A stretch of 64,000 nt of DNA, from NCBI GenBank assembly GCA_937952395.1, contig CALFYV010000090.1:97408-161407 (forward strand), given 5' to 3'. This document shows positions 63,538 to 64,000 of the stretch, in pieces. Position numbers and translations under genes: made by a program. Under the pieces are notes generated by a model. It searched no databases and was not told the DNA's origin. It was given only the letters and a program-made list of their open reading frames with translations. Positions within the stretch are counted from its first letter, which is position 1; every line of letters starts with the position of its first letter. The DNA is from an uncultured Bacteriovoracaceae bacterium. Its GTDB lineage: Bacteria > Bdellovibrionota > Bacteriovoracia > Bacteriovoracales > Bacteriovoracaceae.

Positions 63538-64000
63538 ATGTTAGATGATGTAAGAAATAAAATAATCAAACTATGCCGCACAAGGCAAAAAGAGCTTGGC
63601 TTAGATGACGAAGTTCATAATAATCGTCTGCTCTTAGAAATAAAAGAAATAGACACACAAATTGCCCATGAATATTTCTACGATCTTTATGAGAAACAAG
63701 CCAAGTTTGCTTATAATGAAAATAATCTTTTAGTGGCATATCTTCTTGGTTTGACTGATGATTTTGACATCAATTCAGACCCGACATATATCCAGGGCGA
63801 CATGCCGGATATTGATTCTGACTTTAATCCCATTGTTCGTGACTATCTGAAAAATGAATGGGCTATCAAACAATTTGGCGAAGACAAAGTTTGTGCCATT
63901 GGTAATTACACAACTTTTGGCATTAAATCTTCTTTGATTGATATGGCTCGTGTCCACGGCAAAGATCGTGGAGAAATTCTTAAATTAACCACCAAATTAG
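63538..64000 (+). CDS. dnaE: DnaE (Pol III alpha) polymerase-core piece, 5' partial (continues beyond the window end)
   Basis: Hand translation from the ATG at 63538. NNLLVAYLLGLTDDFD is a degenerate copy of the SLVAYxLGITD block. Then come the catalytic-Asp motif MPDIDSDF and EDKVCAIGNYTTFGIKSSLIDMARV. Not in the ORF track because no stop lies in the window. Confidence 0.75.
   Translation, partial: MLDDVRNKIIKLCRTRQKELGLDDEVHNNRLLLEIKEIDTQIAHEYFYDLYEKQAKFAYNENNLLVAYLLGLTDDFDINSDPTYIQGDMPDIDSDFNPIVRDYLKNEWAIKQFGEDKVCAIGNYTTFGIKSSLIDMARVHGKDRGEILKLTTKL

Noticed and set aside
52780-63640. A split intein or intron joining the two dnaE pieces.
   Set aside because: The 30-aa tail of piece 1 does not begin with Cys/Ser/Thr and is too short for a Hint N-lobe. 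Piece 2 begins with DnaE-like sequence rather than an intein C-lobe ending in HN plus a nucleophile. I recognised no group I or II intron core.
1-64000. Genome-wide reassignment of TAG (amber) as a sense codon, prompted by the in-frame TAG in dnaE.
   Set aside because: About ten well-supported ORFs in the window end in TAG. They include 10575, 11657, 20654, 40413, 41632 and 51415, and on the minus strand the stop of 7903-8211 at 7903-7905. In most cases another stop follows within a few codons, and the protein ends look natural. TAG behaves as a normal, minority stop here.
1-64000. CRISPR arrays, tRNA genes, rRNA genes, integrases, transposases or IS ends.
   Set aside because: I saw no regularly spaced direct repeats. 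The only tRNA-like cloverleaf or T-arm is the tRNA-like domain of the tmRNA. I recognised no tyrosine or serine recombinase motifs and no DDE transposase motifs. Apart from the HNH and TnsA-like nucleases, nothing supports a discrete mobile element.

Overview
This window looks like the replication, nucleotide-metabolism and auxiliary-gene arm of a large tailed-phage-like genome. It is AT-rich, very gene-dense and mostly on the + strand, with ATGA-coupled ORFs and AGGAG-type ribosome-binding sites. I saw no capsid, tail, lysis, integrase or transposase genes and no CRISPR array.

Recognisable content:
- Replication and recombination: two SF2 helicases, a DnaB-like helicase, a minimal family-A DNA polymerase, a gp32-like SSB, a RecA-like recombinase, a DEDD exonuclease, type IIA topoisomerase B- and A-like subunits, and two separated DnaE (Pol III alpha) pieces.
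- Nucleotide metabolism, an unusually broad set: PyrB, NUDIX, a MazG-like protein, dCMP deaminase, ThyA, DHFR, nucleoside 2-deoxyribosyltransferase and GMP reductase.
- DNA modification and repair: an AlkB-like oxygenase, an HhH-GPD glycosylase-like protein and a beta-class N6/N4 DNA methyltransferase.
- Auxiliary genes: HldE, an amidoligase, a ClpP-like protease, a PTP-type phosphatase, an AAA+ ATPase and a YpsA/SLOG-like protein.
- A complete tmRNA gene.

Observations most worth a second look:
1. A PrkA / YeaH(DUF444) / SpoVR stress-kinase triad, interrupted by a double-HNH homing-endonuclease-like gene.
2. Two families of ORFs defined only by conserved N-terminal peptides: 'F-K-x-W-L-E' on at least 9 ORFs and 'M-S-N-Y-W-L' on 5 ORFs.
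3. A dnaE 5' piece with an in-frame TAG inside the first PHP motif. It is separated by about 10.6 kb from a second dnaE piece that repeats the junction region.
4. Two cysteine-rich products absent from the ORF track: a 413-codon ORF running off the window start, and a 59-aa lipoprotein-like mini-ORF.
5. Adjacent 25-nt tandem duplications that truncate an ORF.

All calls come from reading the sequence and from motif recall. No database searches were run.
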